Shown here: one piece after another, positions 49,775-58,956 of the stretch
Layout of the letters: each line of letters opens with the position of its first letter
Numbering within the stretch: position 1 is the stretch's first letter
NCBI GenBank assembly: GCA_964592365.1
Contig: CAZQDL010000004.1
Span: forward strand, 1 to 60,297
Direction of reading: 5' to 3'
Length of the DNA: 60,297 nt
Origin: an uncultured Candidatus Saccharibacteria bacterium
GTDB lineage: Bacteria > Patescibacteriota > Minisyncoccia > Phycocordibacterales > UBA1006
The notes under the pieces: generated by a model
Told to the model about the DNA's origin: nothing
What the model saw: the letters and a program-made list of their open reading frames with translations, nothing else
Databases searched by the model: none
Made by a program: the position numbers and the translations under genes

Positions 49775-50482
49775 ATGAACACCAATAAAGAATTACAAAA
49801 TGCAATAATTAAGGTGCGAGGATTAGTTAAAACCTATGTAAATGGAAATGTTGAAACTCCCGTTCTTAAAGGAATTGATCTTGATGTAGCTTCAGGTGAA
49901 TTCTTAGCTATTATGGGAAAGTCAGGTGCTGGAAAATCTACTTTCATGTATCAAATAAGTCTTCTTGATATTCCAAGCTCTGGATCAATTATTGTTGATG
50001 GAACTGATATTCTTAACTTAACTGAATCTGGAAGAACAACTTTTAGATTAAACCAGTTGGGTTATGTATTTCAAGACTATGCGCTCGTTCCAGAATTAAG
50101 TTCAGTTGAAAATATTGCAATTCCTATGCTTATGCAAGGAATACCTGAAGAGAAAGCATACAAACGAGCAAGAGAAGTTTTAACTGAAATTGGAATGGAA
50201 GGGAAGTATGACAACAGACCAAATCAACTTTCAGGAGGAGAACAACAACGAGTATCAATTGCTCGTGCTGTCGCTCAAAATCCTACCATTCTCTTTGCAG
50301 ATGAACCTACTGCAAACCTTGATTCATCTTCTTCTGAAGCCGTTATTGAAGTGCTTCGTGATTTGCATAAGCAAGGACAAACCATTGTTATGGTTACTCA
50401 TGAATCTGAATACACAAAATATTGTGACAGGGTAATATATCTTGAAGATGGTCTAATCACTAATTATAACCATCAGGTGTAA
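49775..50482 (+). CDS. ABC transporter ATP-binding protein (MacB/LolD-like)
   Basis: Walker A GKSGAGKST, signature LSGGEQQR, Walker B ILFADEPT, H-loop VTHE. Confidence 0.93.
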   Translation: MNTNKELQNAIIKVRGLVKTYVNGNVETPVLKGIDLDVASGEFLAIMGKSGAGKSTFMYQISLLDIPSSGSIIVDGTDILNLTESGRTTFRLNQLGYVFQDYALVPELSSVENIAIPMLMQGIPEEKAYKRAREVLTEIGMEGKYDNRPNQLSGGEQQRVSIARAVAQNPTILFADEPTANLDSSSSEAVIEVLRDLHKQGQTIVMVTHESEYTKYCDRVIYLEDGLITNYNHQV

Positions 50483-50516
50483 TATAAATAACTCATACAT
50501 ATGAGTTATTTATATT
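50481..50516. repeat. 16-bp perfect AT-rich inverted repeat with a 4-nt loop
   Basis: AATATAAATAACTCAT-ACAT-ATGAGTTATTTATATT directly after the ABC ATPase stop. No T run follows, so it is either a terminator-like hairpin or a protein-binding site. Confidence 0.5.
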
Positions 50517-50547
50517 ACCTGAAAGAAACATATGCTACTCTTTGTAT

Positions 50548-51210
50548 ATGAGAGAAGCGAAGAAAAGAGAACGGACAGAACGTATGAAAAAAATGCTAAA
50601 GGTATTTAAGAAAATGTTCCCACATCCAAAATCAGAATTAAACTATACAACCCATTTTGAATTTCTTGTTGCTGTTGTTCTTTCTGCACAGTGTACTGAT
50701 AAGAGGGTGAATATTGTAACTCAAAAGCTATTTAAGAAATATCCGCATATTGAAGATTATGCACAAGCAAAGCAAAAGATTTTTGAACAAGATATTTTCT
50801 CTACTGGTTTTTATAGAAACAAAGCACAGAATATTATCAAAGCAGCACAGGTAGTATTAACTCAATTCAATGGTGAAGTACCAAAGAGTATGAAAGAACT
50901 CATCACTATCCCTGGAGTTGGAAGAAAAACTGCAAATGTTATTCTTTCTAACTTGTACAATATACATGAGGGAATCGCTATTGATACCCATGCTATTCGT
51001 ATAAGTAAAAAGTTCGATCTTGTTGATCCTCCATATTCTCCAACATCAATTGAAAGAGATTTAATGGAAATTGTTCCACAAAAGGAATGGGGAAATATGA
51101 ATCACTATTTGGTACTGTATGGACGATATCATGCTCCAGCTTTTGCAAAGGAGGTTCATGATGATCTAACAAAGATATATCCTAATGCTTCGTATAAGCT
51201 TCGTTCATAG
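50548..51210 (+). CDS. nth: endonuclease III
   Basis: HhH-GPD motif LITIPGVGRKTANVIL. The usual C-terminal 4-Cys FeS cluster motif is not evident in the ORF. Confidence 0.85.
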   Translation: MREAKKRERTERMKKMLKVFKKMFPHPKSELNYTTHFEFLVAVVLSAQCTDKRVNIVTQKLFKKYPHIEDYAQAKQKIFEQDIFSTGFYRNKAQNIIKAAQVVLTQFNGEVPKSMKELITIPGVGRKTANVILSNLYNIHEGIAIDTHAIRISKKFDLVDPPYSPTSIERDLMEIVPQKEWGNMNHYLVLYGRYHAPAFAKEVHDDLTKIYPNASYKLRS

Positions 51211-51222
51211 TATAATGACTGT

Positions 51223-51432
51223 ATGAAAAACAAGTTATCATTACGCACAATGTTATATATTGTATTAGGAGTTATATCAGTCACATATCTTCTTAACTTT
51301 AGCTTTGGTTTCGCTGAAATATTACCCGATGTTCTTCCTGTTGTCGGACACATTGATGAAGCCTTAGCTTTTTATATACTTCTTTCTGTTCTTGAATACT
51401 TTGGAATATCAATTCCATTAATACGAAAATAA
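51223..51432 (+). CDS. small membrane protein, DUF1232 (YkvA)-like
   Basis: LPDVLPVVGHIDEALAFYILL resembles the DUF1232 core. TATAAT at 51211-51216 lies 6 nt upstream of the ATG. Confidence 0.55.
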   Translation: MKNKLSLRTMLYIVLGVISVTYLLNFSFGFAEILPDVLPVVGHIDEALAFYILLSVLEYFGISIPLIRK

Positions 51433-51433
51433 T

Positions 51434-52795
51434 ATGATTATCAGTTCAATTTCTGGAATTCGAGGAACTATAGGAGGGAAGGCAGGAGAAAATTTAACCC
51501 CTATTGATGTAGTAAAGTTTGCGTCAGGCTATGGTTCTTTTGTGAATAGTAAATATCAACATCCTACGATTGTGATAGGGAGAGATGCACGACAAAGTGG
51601 AGAAGGTATTTCTCAACTAATCATGCATACTCTTTGTGCACAGGGAATTAATGTTATTAATGCTGGATTGGTACCAACACCTACCTTAGCTATGGCCGTG
51701 GTTGATATGAAAGCACAAGGAGGAATTATCATTACAGCAAGTCATAATCCGAAAGAATATAATGGTATTAAGATGTTGAATCACGAAGGTGAATTTCTTT
51801 CAGATGAAGAGGGAAAGGAAATACTTTCAAATATTTCTGAAGGAAATATTGAATATTGTGATACTGAACACCTAGGTTCAGTGTCACCGTATCCTGATGC
51901 TATTAATGTTCATGTAAAAAAAATACTTGCACTTGATATTGTTAATCAAAAACTCATTGCATCAAAGAATTTTTCAGTAGTATTTGATCCTATCAATTCA
52001 GTAGGAGCTATTGCTGTACCAATATTGCTTGATGCTTTGGGGGTAACATATCGTGGTATCAATGATATTCCTGATGGAAATTTTGCCCATGCACCTGAAC
52101 CACTTGAGAAGAATCTTACACAGCTCAAAGAGGAGGTTGCAAAAGATAATATATCATTTGGAATATCAGTAGATCCAGATGTAGATCGATTAGTACTTGT
52201 TTGTGAAGATGGAACTATGTTCGGAGAAGAAAGAACCCTCGTTTCTGCAGCTGATATAGTTCTTTCGCATACAAAAGGTTCTGTAGTAACTAATGTGTCA
52301 TCATCACAGGCAAGTTCAGATATATCAAAAAGGTATGGAATGAATATTTTTCAAAGCAAGGTAGGTGAGAAAAATGTCGTTGAAAAAATGAAAGAAGTTC
52401 ATGCTGTTATCGGAGGTGAAGGTTCAGGAGGGGTAATATATCCAGAGCTACATTATGGTCGTGATGCCTTAGTTGGTATTGCACTTGTCCTTACCTTACT
52501 TGCAGAACGTGATACCACCTTACTTGAGCTTTCAAAAACATATCCTTCATACTATATGAGTAAGAAAAGCGTAACTCTTGAAGGAGTAAATGTACAAGAA
52601 ACATATCAAAGAATAGTAGATAATATTCAAGAAGGGGTTTTAGATACACAAGATGGAGTAAAAATCACTTTTGAAGATTCGTGGGTACAGTTAAGAGCAT
52701 CTAATACTGAACCAATTATCAGGATATATACTGAAGCAACAACACAAGAATATGCTGATGAATTAGCTGAAATGTATGTAAAAAAAATATTCTAG
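51434..52795 (+). CDS. phosphohexomutase (GlmM/ManB family)
   Basis: Active-site loop [14 protein letters not shown], metal loop SVDPDVDR, sugar loop GGEGSGG. Confidence 0.88.
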   Translation: MIISSISGIRGTIGGKAGENLTPIDVVKFASGYGSFVNSKYQHPTIVIGRDARQSGEGISQLIMHTLCAQGINVINAGLVPTPTLAMAVVDMKAQGGIIITASHNPKEYNGIKMLNHEGEFLSDEEGKEILSNISEGNIEYCDTEHLGSVSPYPDAINVHVKKILALDIVNQKLIASKNFSVVFDPINSVGAIAVPILLDALGVTYRGINDIPDGNFAHAPEPLEKNLTQLKEEVAKDNISFGISVDPDVDRLVLVCEDGTMFGEERTLVSAADIVLSHTKGSVVTNVSSSQASSDISKRYGMNIFQSKVGEKNVVEKMKEVHAVIGGEGSGGVIYPELHYGRDALVGIALVLTLLAERDTTLLELSKTYPSYYMSKKSVTLEGVNVQETYQRIVDNIQEGVLDTQDGVKITFEDSWVQLRASNTEPIIRIYTEATTQEYADELAEMYVKKIF

Positions 52796-52815
52796 CTATG
52801 ATATACTTATCGCAT

Positions 52816-53280
52816 ATGAAATCAAAAGGATTCACTCTAATTGAATTACTTGTAGTAGTTGCCATCATTGGAATACTTGCGACCGTAGTGTTAGCATCGT
52901 TAGGAAGTGCACGTGACAAGGCACGAGATGTAAAGATAAAAGCTTTGCTAAATCAATTAAGAACTCAAGCTGCAATCCAAGATGAAAATCTAAATTCGTT
53001 ATGTGATTCGGGTACCACCGGTGGTACTATGTGGAGAGAAGCAATAGCTTTAGGGAGGAAGAATGTGCGCTCATATTGTGTAGATTCATTTCAGCATGAT
53101 CAGACAAATGATGGAATTACTTTCTTGTTGTATCCAAGTAGTGGTTCTGACTCAAATGGAAGTTTTTGGGCAGCAAATGCACCCCTTCTTGCGGGAGGAT
53201 GGTTCTGTGTTGATGGAAATGGAGCAGCAATTGAACTTAGTTCAGGAACAACCATTTCTGGTAGTGATAAGACTTGTTAG
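52816..53280 (+). CDS. type IV pilin-like protein P3 (family A, C-terminal DKTC)
   Basis: Prepilin N-terminus [22 protein letters not shown]. Cys pattern [34 protein letters not shown] at 52799-52807 lies 8 nt upstream of the ATG. Confidence 0.88.
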   Translation: MKSKGFTLIELLVVVAIIGILATVVLASLGSARDKARDVKIKALLNQLRTQAAIQDENLNSLCDSGTTGGTMWREAIALGRKNVRSYCVDSFQHDQTNDGITFLLYPSSGSDSNGSFWAANAPLLAGGWFCVDGNGAAIELSSGTTISGSDKTC

Positions 53281-53315
53281 TATATATAAAATGCTCATCA
53301 TAGAGATTTTTTTTC

Positions 53316-53397
53316 TGCCCAAAGCGGGGTTCGAACCCGCATGCTCTAGGAGCCATGGCCCTTAACCATGTGTATATACCAGTTCCACCATCTGGGC
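53316..53397 (-). tRNA. tRNA-Leu(AAG), long variable arm
   Basis: Reverse complement is GCCCAGA-TG-GTGGAACTGGTATATAC-A-CATGG-TTAAGGG-CCATG-GCTCCTAGAGCAT-GCGGG-TTCGAAC-CCCGC-TTTGGGC-A. It differs from the 54019-54100 copy at two bases only. Confidence 0.8.
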
Positions 53398-53435
53398 ATG
53401 CAAGAAATATTTTAGCTATGATATACTTATCACAT

Positions 53436-53984
53436 ATGAAATCAAAAGGATTCACCTTAATTGAGCTACTTGTGGTAGTAGCCATCATTGGAATACTTGC
53501 AACGGTGGTACTAGCATCATTAGGAAGTGCACGAACAAGTGCTGAAGATGCAAAGCGTCTAGCTATAGTTAAGGAATTACAAAATGCTCTTGAAATGTAT
53601 TATCTCGATAATGGTAGATATCCAGAGGAAGGGACAACATCATGGGGAACTACTACGTATCAAACAAGTGATAGAGTAGAACTTAGAAATTTAGAAAATT
53701 TACTTGCTCCATATATGAAAATTGATTTTAATGATAGGCTATGGAGTCAGGCTATAACAGGTGGTATATTCGCCTACAATTCTACTACAGTAGATAATAA
53801 TCAGACTTATGGAATTGGTATTGGTCTTATTTCTTCAAACAATACTTCGCTTGCTTTAAATGATGGTGGGTATAGTAATTGGTATGAAGTCGGACAGCTT
53901 CCTGTATATTGCAAGAATAAATACACAGGAACGGGCGGTGCATGGTGGCATGCTGGTAATGAACTATGTGCGGGTGGTAATTAA
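53436..53984 (+). CDS. type IV pilin-like protein P4 (family B, GspG/PilE-like LQNALEMYYLDNGRYP)
   Basis: Prepilin N-terminus. TGATATACT at 53419-53427 lies 8 nt upstream of the ATG. The track start at 53355 lies inside the tRNA-Leu gene. Confidence 0.88.
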   Translation: MKSKGFTLIELLVVVAIIGILATVVLASLGSARTSAEDAKRLAIVKELQNALEMYYLDNGRYPEEGTTSWGTTTYQTSDRVELRNLENLLAPYMKIDFNDRLWSQAITGGIFAYNSTTVDNNQTYGIGIGLISSNNTSLALNDGGYSNWYEVGQLPVYCKNKYTGTGGAWWHAGNELCAGGN

Positions 53985-53993
53985 ATACAATAT

Positions 53994-54017
53994 AAAAAGA
54001 GCATATGCTCTTTTTTT
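53994..54017. terminator. bidirectional terminator shared by P4 and tRNA-Leu(GAG)
   Basis: GAGCAT-ATGCTC palindrome flanked by AAAAA and TTTTTTT. Confidence 0.7.
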
Positions 54018-54018
54018 G

Positions 54019-54100
54019 TGCCCAAAGCGGGGTTCGAACCCGCATGCTCTAGGAGCCATGGCCCTCAACCATGTGTGTATACCAGTTCCACCATCTGGGC
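54019..54100 (-). tRNA. tRNA-Leu(GAG), long variable arm
   Basis: Same sequence as the 53316-53397 copy, except the anticodon loop is TTGAGGG (GAG) and D-stem position 23 is C, giving a perfect GTG/CAC D stem. Confidence 0.88.
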
Positions 54101-54155
54101 ATGCAAGAAATATTACCATAGCTACAGAAAAAATAAATTATTGTATACTTGGTAC

Positions 54156-54506
54156 ATGCAAATATTTAAGATTATAGACATTACCTCACAGGCAAAAGAG
54201 GGGTTTGAAAATCCTAAAAGTTTCTTTGGAAATCTTTCTTTAGCTTTTGTTGAAGGGTATGCAATTACTTGGTTTATTTTGGTTGTTATTGGATTGATTA
54301 TTAATTTTTTCCTTGGTTTTGTTATTGGTTGGTGGTTATTTCAAATATTTTTCTTCTTTGGAATCATCATTCTTATCATTTCAATCATCTTTTATATAAA
54401 AATACGAAAGATAATGAGATCAATAAGTGATAGGGTAGTTGATAAGACAACAGAGAGTTTTAAGAAGGGAAAAATTATTGAAGTTGAAGTTGAGGAAGTT
54501 AAATAA
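54156..54506 (+). CDS. hypothetical small membrane protein
   Basis: Two long hydrophobic helices. TATACT lies 6 nt upstream of ATG 54156. The track start at 54018 lies inside tRNA-Leu. Confidence 0.5.
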   Translation: MQIFKIIDITSQAKEGFENPKSFFGNLSLAFVEGYAITWFILVVIGLIINFFLGFVIGWWLFQIFFFFGIIILIISIIFYIKIRKIMRSISDRVVDKTTESFKKGKIIEVEVEEVK

Positions 54507-54526
54507 AATCTATATACTATACGCGT

Positions 54527-55147
54527 ATGAAAAAAATATTTTTAGTTATTATTTTATTATTGTTAGTAGTAGGTTTAGCGTCAGTGGTAGAAAGAAATGA
54601 ACGACTTAGCAATCAGGATTATTCATCAGATCCATTAGCAACACAGCAAGATTTTTCATCAATTAATGGTGATTTAGTTTTTAGTGTTGAAGAGTCAGTG
54701 ATCTCATGGAGAGGTACAAAACCAGGTGGTGAACATATTGGATTTCTTACCCTTGTTCAAGGAGAACTCCTTAGTGATTTATCAGGTTCACTAGTAATTG
54801 ATATGACTTCAATAACAAGTGATTCAGAGGTTCTTGATGAACACTTGAAGAGTAATGACTTCCTAAAAGTAGAGGAATATCCAGAAGCTCAGTTTGTTAT
54901 TAATACTATTGAAAATGGTGTTCTCTTTGGACAACTTACTCTTCTTGATGTAACTCAAGAAATTCAAGTTCCAGTACAATTAATGGAAGTTAATGAATCA
55001 CTAGTTATTGAATCAAGTTTTGATATTGATAGAACTGATTTTGGTATTGAATATGGATCAGGTTCAATTTTTGACAACCTTGGAGATGCGATTATCGATG
55101 ACACCGTATCGATAACGGTATCATTGGTTGCAACTGAAGTTGAATAA
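54527..55147 (+). CDS. YceI-family (polyisoprenoid-binding) protein
   Basis: Signal anchor, then SVISWRGTKPGGEHIGFLT, IDMTSITSD and HLKSNDFLKVEEYPEAQF, which are typical YceI segments. Confidence 0.8.
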   Translation: MKKIFLVIILLLLVVGLASVVERNERLSNQDYSSDPLATQQDFSSINGDLVFSVEESVISWRGTKPGGEHIGFLTLVQGELLSDLSGSLVIDMTSITSDSEVLDEHLKSNDFLKVEEYPEAQFVINTIENGVLFGQLTLLDVTQEIQVPVQLMEVNESLVIESSFDIDRTDFGIEYGSGSIFDNLGDAIIDDTVSITVSLVATEVE

Positions 55148-55149
55148 TA

Positions 55150-55842
55150 ATGGACACTCCATTTTATATTGTTTCAACCCCAATTGGTAACCTAGGTGAT
55201 ATCAGTTTTAGAGCTATTGATATATTAAAACAGGTAGATACCATTCTTTGTGAAGATACACGAGTGACAAGAAAATTATGTGATCACTATGGTATTGATA
55301 CTCCTCGTGAAAGTTATCATGCACATTCTTCTGACACTGCATCGTTAAGTATTATCAGAAGAATTGAAGAAGGGAAAACCTTCGCACTTGTTTCAGATGC
55401 AGGGACACCAGTGATCTCTGATCCAGGGGTAAAGTTAGTTTCAGATTTACGTGCTCATTTTGGTAGTACATTAAATATCGTTCCAATTCCAGGAGCAACA
55501 GCACTTATCTCAGCATTGGTATGTACTGGTTTTTCTGGTAATGATTTTAGATTCTTTGGTTTTGTTCCTCACAAAAAGGGAAGAGAAACATTTTTTCAAG
55601 AAATTGCAGATCATACCAGTATCGCCATATTTTATGAATCACCACACAGGGCAATGAAGACTCTTGAATATTTATCTCTTGATCTAAAACTAAGTACACG
55701 TCAATTATGCGTTGCTCGTGAACTTACAAAAATGTATGAACAAAAGGTACAGGGAACACCAAAAGAGGTATTGGAATATTTCACAGAGTACCCTGAGAAA
55801 ATGAAAGGAGAATTTGTGTTTGTGGTTGATAGAGTAATTTAG
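55150..55842 (+). CDS. rsmI: 16S rRNA (cytidine1402-2-prime-O)-methyltransferase
   Basis: YIVSTPIGNLGDISFRA, ILCEDTR, SDAGTPVISDPG and YESPHR motifs. Confidence 0.92.
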   Translation: MDTPFYIVSTPIGNLGDISFRAIDILKQVDTILCEDTRVTRKLCDHYGIDTPRESYHAHSSDTASLSIIRRIEEGKTFALVSDAGTPVISDPGVKLVSDLRAHFGSTLNIVPIPGATALISALVCTGFSGNDFRFFGFVPHKKGRETFFQEIADHTSIAIFYESPHRAMKTLEYLSLDLKLSTRQLCVARELTKMYEQKVQGTPKEVLEYFTEYPEKMKGEFVFVVDRVI

Positions 55843-55866
55843 ATACTATTTGATATACTTATAGAT

Positions 55867-56373
55867 ATGAAATCAAAAGGATTCACCCTAATTGAATTAC
55901 TGGTAGTTGTTGCCATTATTGGGATACTTGCGACCGTAGTGTTAGCATCATTAGGAAGTGCACGTGATAAGGCAAGAGATCAAGCAATGAGATCTCATTT
56001 TGCTCAACTGAGAAGTGCGCTTGAATTGTATTACATGGATAACAATAGCTATCCTGTTACTAGTTCATGGTGTATTGCAGGTCACACAAGCACTCCTACT
56101 TGTAATCAAGCTTCAGGATCAAATGGTTGGATACCTAATTTAGCTCCAAATTATATCCCAGCCTTAAGAATGGATCGTGGTACAACAGCAGATTCAACGT
56201 GGTATTACATGGGTGGAGTAGGAGGGTACAAAGTAATGCTTCATCAGCCTAATAACATATTATCTGCACCAGTAACAGCAAGTGATCCAATGCGGGATGA
56301 CAACGTTGGAGGGGCAAGAACCTGGGCACTTTCAATGTGTGTAAATTTATCACAAAATTATTGTGGATTTTAA
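55867..56373 (+). CDS. type IV pilin-like protein P5 (family B, LRSALELYYMDNNSYP)
   Basis: Prepilin N-terminus. TGATATACT at 55851-55859 lies 7 nt upstream of the ATG. Confidence 0.88.
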   Translation: MKSKGFTLIELLVVVAIIGILATVVLASLGSARDKARDQAMRSHFAQLRSALELYYMDNNSYPVTSSWCIAGHTSTPTCNQASGSNGWIPNLAPNYIPALRMDRGTTADSTWYYMGGVGGYKVMLHQPNNILSAPVTASDPMRDDNVGGARTWALSMCVNLSQNYCGF

Positions 56374-56396
56374 AAAACCTCAATAGAGGTTTTTTG
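56373..56396 (+). terminator. intrinsic terminator of P5
   Basis: AAAACCTC-AATA-GAGGTTTTTT. Confidence 0.8.
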
Positions 56397-56435
56397 AATT
56401 TCAAAAAAGTACCTAACATGATATAATTTCCATAT

Positions 56436-56945
56436 ATGAAATCAAAAGGATTCACCCTCATTGAATTACTGGTAGTTGTTGCCATTATTGGGATACTTGC
56501 GACCGTAGTACTTGCATCCTTAGGAAGTGCACGAAGTAGAGCTCGTGATGCAGCAGTAAAGGCAAGTCTAAAACAAATGCAAGTACAAGCTGAAATTCTT
56601 TATCTTGAAGTTGGAAACTATACCACTGTTTGTGGTAATGCTCCGAGTACTTCTTCGAAAGCTTCAGAATTATTCTTATCAGCTGTTAAGAATGGAACAG
56701 CAAATGGAATTAATAATCTATGCTACGACATGAATGATGAATATATTGGTCAACCACCAGGAACCAGTATGATAAGGCAAACAAATGTTGCGCACCTTCT
56801 TGCTGATCCAAACGGTAGTACGTGGGCAGCAACTATATCTTTAAGTGACAACACTTGGTTCTGTGTTGATTCACTTGGTAACACTACGACTACAACATCA
56901 AGACCATTAGGAATATCAGGAGGTATTACAGATAAAACATGTTGA
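56436..56945 (+). CDS. type IV pilin-like protein P6 (family A, C-terminal DKTC)
   Basis: Prepilin N-terminus. Cys pattern [34 protein letters not shown] at 56419-56427 lies 8 nt upstream of the ATG. Confidence 0.88.
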   Translation: MKSKGFTLIELLVVVAIIGILATVVLASLGSARSRARDAAVKASLKQMQVQAEILYLEVGNYTTVCGNAPSTSSKASELFLSAVKNGTANGINNLCYDMNDEYIGQPPGTSMIRQTNVAHLLADPNGSTWAATISLSDNTWFCVDSLGNTTTTTSRPLGISGGITDKTC

Positions 56946-56946
56946 T

Positions 56947-56973
56947 AAAAAAACTCACAAAGTGAGTTTTTTT
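56947..56973 (+). terminator. intrinsic terminator of P6
   Basis: ACTCAC-AAA-GTGAGT flanked by an A run and a T run. It abuts the next promoter, TGATATACT (56973-56981). Confidence 0.8.
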
Positions 56974-56987
56974 GATATACTAGGGGT

Positions 56988-57293
56988 ATGAAAAAAAATA
57001 TCAAAACAATTATTATTTCAGGAGTTATTCTTCTGCTATACCCATTCATTGGTCTTTCAGAATTTTGGGAGTACGTATATGTAACTATTCCTGCATTTTT
57101 GATTACATATAACGCACTTAGAATTATGAAACAGAAAAATATGTTTTCAGAAGAACCTGATGGAACCTTTTCAAGGTACCTAAGAAAGGTGGTAGGAAAA
57201 CCACAGAATCACACCAAGGTGGAACATACTGAAACTGAAAATAGAAGAATTGACAGTTTGAGATTAAGAAATGAAGAACATCATTATGAATAA
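56988..57293 (+). CDS. hypothetical small membrane protein
   Basis: Two TM helices and a charged tail. Its stop overlaps the start of the S41 peptidase gene. Confidence 0.5.
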   Translation: MKKNIKTIIISGVILLLYPFIGLSEFWEYVYVTIPAFLITYNALRIMKQKNMFSEEPDGTFSRYLRKVVGKPQNHTKVEHTETENRRIDSLRLRNEEHHYE

Positions 57294-58467
57294 ATCAACA
57301 AAAATGACGATAAGGATAGTAACATCAGTTTTAATATTTTTTTTAGGTGTTGCCTCTGGAAGAATATATCTTGAAGCAGCTCGTGGATCAGATGCTACTC
57401 CTCGTGCCAATATTGATATGTTTTGGCAAGTTTGGAATATTTTAGATGAAAAATATGCATTTGATACACCAAGCGTTGATAATCGTATGTATGGAGCTAT
57501 TGAAGGTTTAGCTAAAGCGTATGGTGATGACTATACCTCATTTCAGAAACCAGAAGAGGCAAAGTTTTTAAATGATACTGTCTCAGGAAAATTTGGAGGT
57601 ATTGGAGCTGAATTAAATGTCCATAAAGGACTTTTGATAGTAATAGCACCACTTGAGGGCTCACCAGCACAAAAAGCAGGATTGCTCCCTGGTGATATTA
57701 TCCTTGAAGTTGATGACATTGAAGTAATCGGTATGACTTTCAATGAAGCAATATCAAACATTAGAGGGGAGAAGGGAACCCCTGTTACCCTTACTATACT
57801 CAGAGAGGGAAAGGAAGATAAGATGAAAATCACTGTCGTTCGTGATGTGGTTGATGTTCCTGTATTAGATACTGAAGTAGTAGACAATATCTTTGTTATT
57901 CGTCTGTATAATTTTAATGAAACATCGTCTGACAAATTTAAGGAAGCATTAATTTCTTTCAAGCGTTCTGGAAAAGAGAAACTCATTCTTGATTTAAGGA
58001 ATAACCCAGGAGGGTATCTTGATGCTGCAGTTGATATCTCAAGTTATTTCCTTGACCAAGGGAAAGTAATTGTTCTTGAAGATTTTGGTGATACTGGAAG
58101 AGACTCTCAAAAATATAGAAGTTCAGGATTTAACTTACTTTCAGATATTGAATTTTCTATGGTTGTCTTAATCAACGAAGGATCTGCTTCTGCTTCTGAG
58201 ATTGTAGCAGCTGCTTTAGGTGAACATGAAGTTGCAACGCTAATAGGTGAAACAAGTTTTGGAAAAGGGTCTGTTCAGGAATTAATAAAACTTCCAAATC
58301 AGACATCACTAAAAATTACTATTGCTAAATGGTTAACACCAAAAGGGAAGCATATTGATGGGGTAGGTATTATACCTGAATATACTATCAATCATGATGT
58401 AAATACTGAACAAGATTTACAATTTGAAGCAGCAATTAATTATTTAACCACAGGAAATATTAATTAG
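57286..58467 (+). CDS. S41-family C-terminal processing peptidase
   Basis: N-terminal TM, PDZ domain (GSPAQKAGLLPGDIILEVDD), catalytic region DLRNNPGGYL..NEGSASASE and GKGSVQ. Confidence 0.9.
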   Translation: MNKSTKMTIRIVTSVLIFFLGVASGRIYLEAARGSDATPRANIDMFWQVWNILDEKYAFDTPSVDNRMYGAIEGLAKAYGDDYTSFQKPEEAKFLNDTVSGKFGGIGAELNVHKGLLIVIAPLEGSPAQKAGLLPGDIILEVDDIEVIGMTFNEAISNIRGEKGTPVTLTILREGKEDKMKITVVRDVVDVPVLDTEVVDNIFVIRLYNFNETSSDKFKEALISFKRSGKEKLILDLRNNPGGYLDAAVDISSYFLDQGKVIVLEDFGDTGRDSQKYRSSGFNLLSDIEFSMVVLINEGSASASEIVAAALGEHEVATLIGETSFGKGSVQELIKLPNQTSLKITIAKWLTPKGKHIDGVGIIPEYTINHDVNTEQDLQFEAAINYLTTGNIN

Positions 58468-58470
58468 TCT

Positions 58471-58914
58471 ATGAAAGTCTTATTAACACAACATGTAAAA
58501 AAGGTAGGAAGAGTAGGGGAGATTGTTGAAGTATCAGATGGGTATGCAACCAATTCACTCATTCCACAGAAGAAAGCAGTCGTTGCAACTCCTAAGATTA
58601 TCAATGAGTTCCAGACTAAAGAAAAAGCTTTGCAAGATAAAGAAAAAAAGGAAAAAATCACAGCTTATGAAAATTTGAAAAAACTTAATGGGGAAGTGGT
58701 GATCATAAAAGAGAAACTTAATCTCTCTGGTTCCTTGTATCATGCGCTAGGTGCAAAGGAAATTATTAAAGCAGTATATGATCAATGTAAGATTAATATA
58801 TCTAATGAATACTTTCCAATAAAAGTTCAGCTAAAGCATGCTGGTGAACATTCTGTTATGCTCGAACACCATGGAAACAAAGCTATTCTTACTGTGGTGA
58901 TAGAGGGGATATAA
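58471..58914 (+). CDS. rplI: 50S ribosomal protein L9
   Basis: MKVLLTQHVKKVGRVGEIVEVSDGYATNSLIPQKKAV is the canonical L9 N-domain, followed by the linker helix and C-domain. Confidence 0.92.
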   Translation: MKVLLTQHVKKVGRVGEIVEVSDGYATNSLIPQKKAVVATPKIINEFQTKEKALQDKEKKEKITAYENLKKLNGEVVIIKEKLNLSGSLYHALGAKEIIKAVYDQCKINISNEYFPIKVQLKHAGEHSVMLEHHGNKAILTVVIEGI

Positions 58915-58941
58915 GCTGTATTACAAGAGTACAGCTTTTTT
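58914..58941 (+). terminator. intrinsic terminator of rplI
   Basis: AGCTGTA-TTACAAGAG-TACAGCT followed by TTTTT. It abuts TGATATACT (58941-58949). Confidence 0.7.
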
Positions 58942-58956
58942 GATATACTAATGTTT

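Noticed and set aside
52719-52919. Minus-strand ORFs overlapping every pilin 5-prime end (37402-37710, 52719-52919, 53237-53488, 56249-56485, 58827-59024, 59478-59666) that all encode a conserved peptide ..[14 protein letters not shown](R/K)VNPFDFI..
   Set aside because: The conservation is only the antisense image of the conserved pilin N-terminal module. These ORFs have no independent promoter or terminator logic, and they end where pilin conservation ends.
53355-53435. N-terminal extensions of track ORFs 53355, 54018 and 37382 (MALNHVYIPVPPSGHARN.., MPKAGFEPACSRSHGP.., MRTTKAFYKAFF..)
   Set aside because: They translate tRNA-Leu or tRNA-Ile genes and their terminators. Internal ATGs preceded by -10 boxes give canonical protein N-termini.
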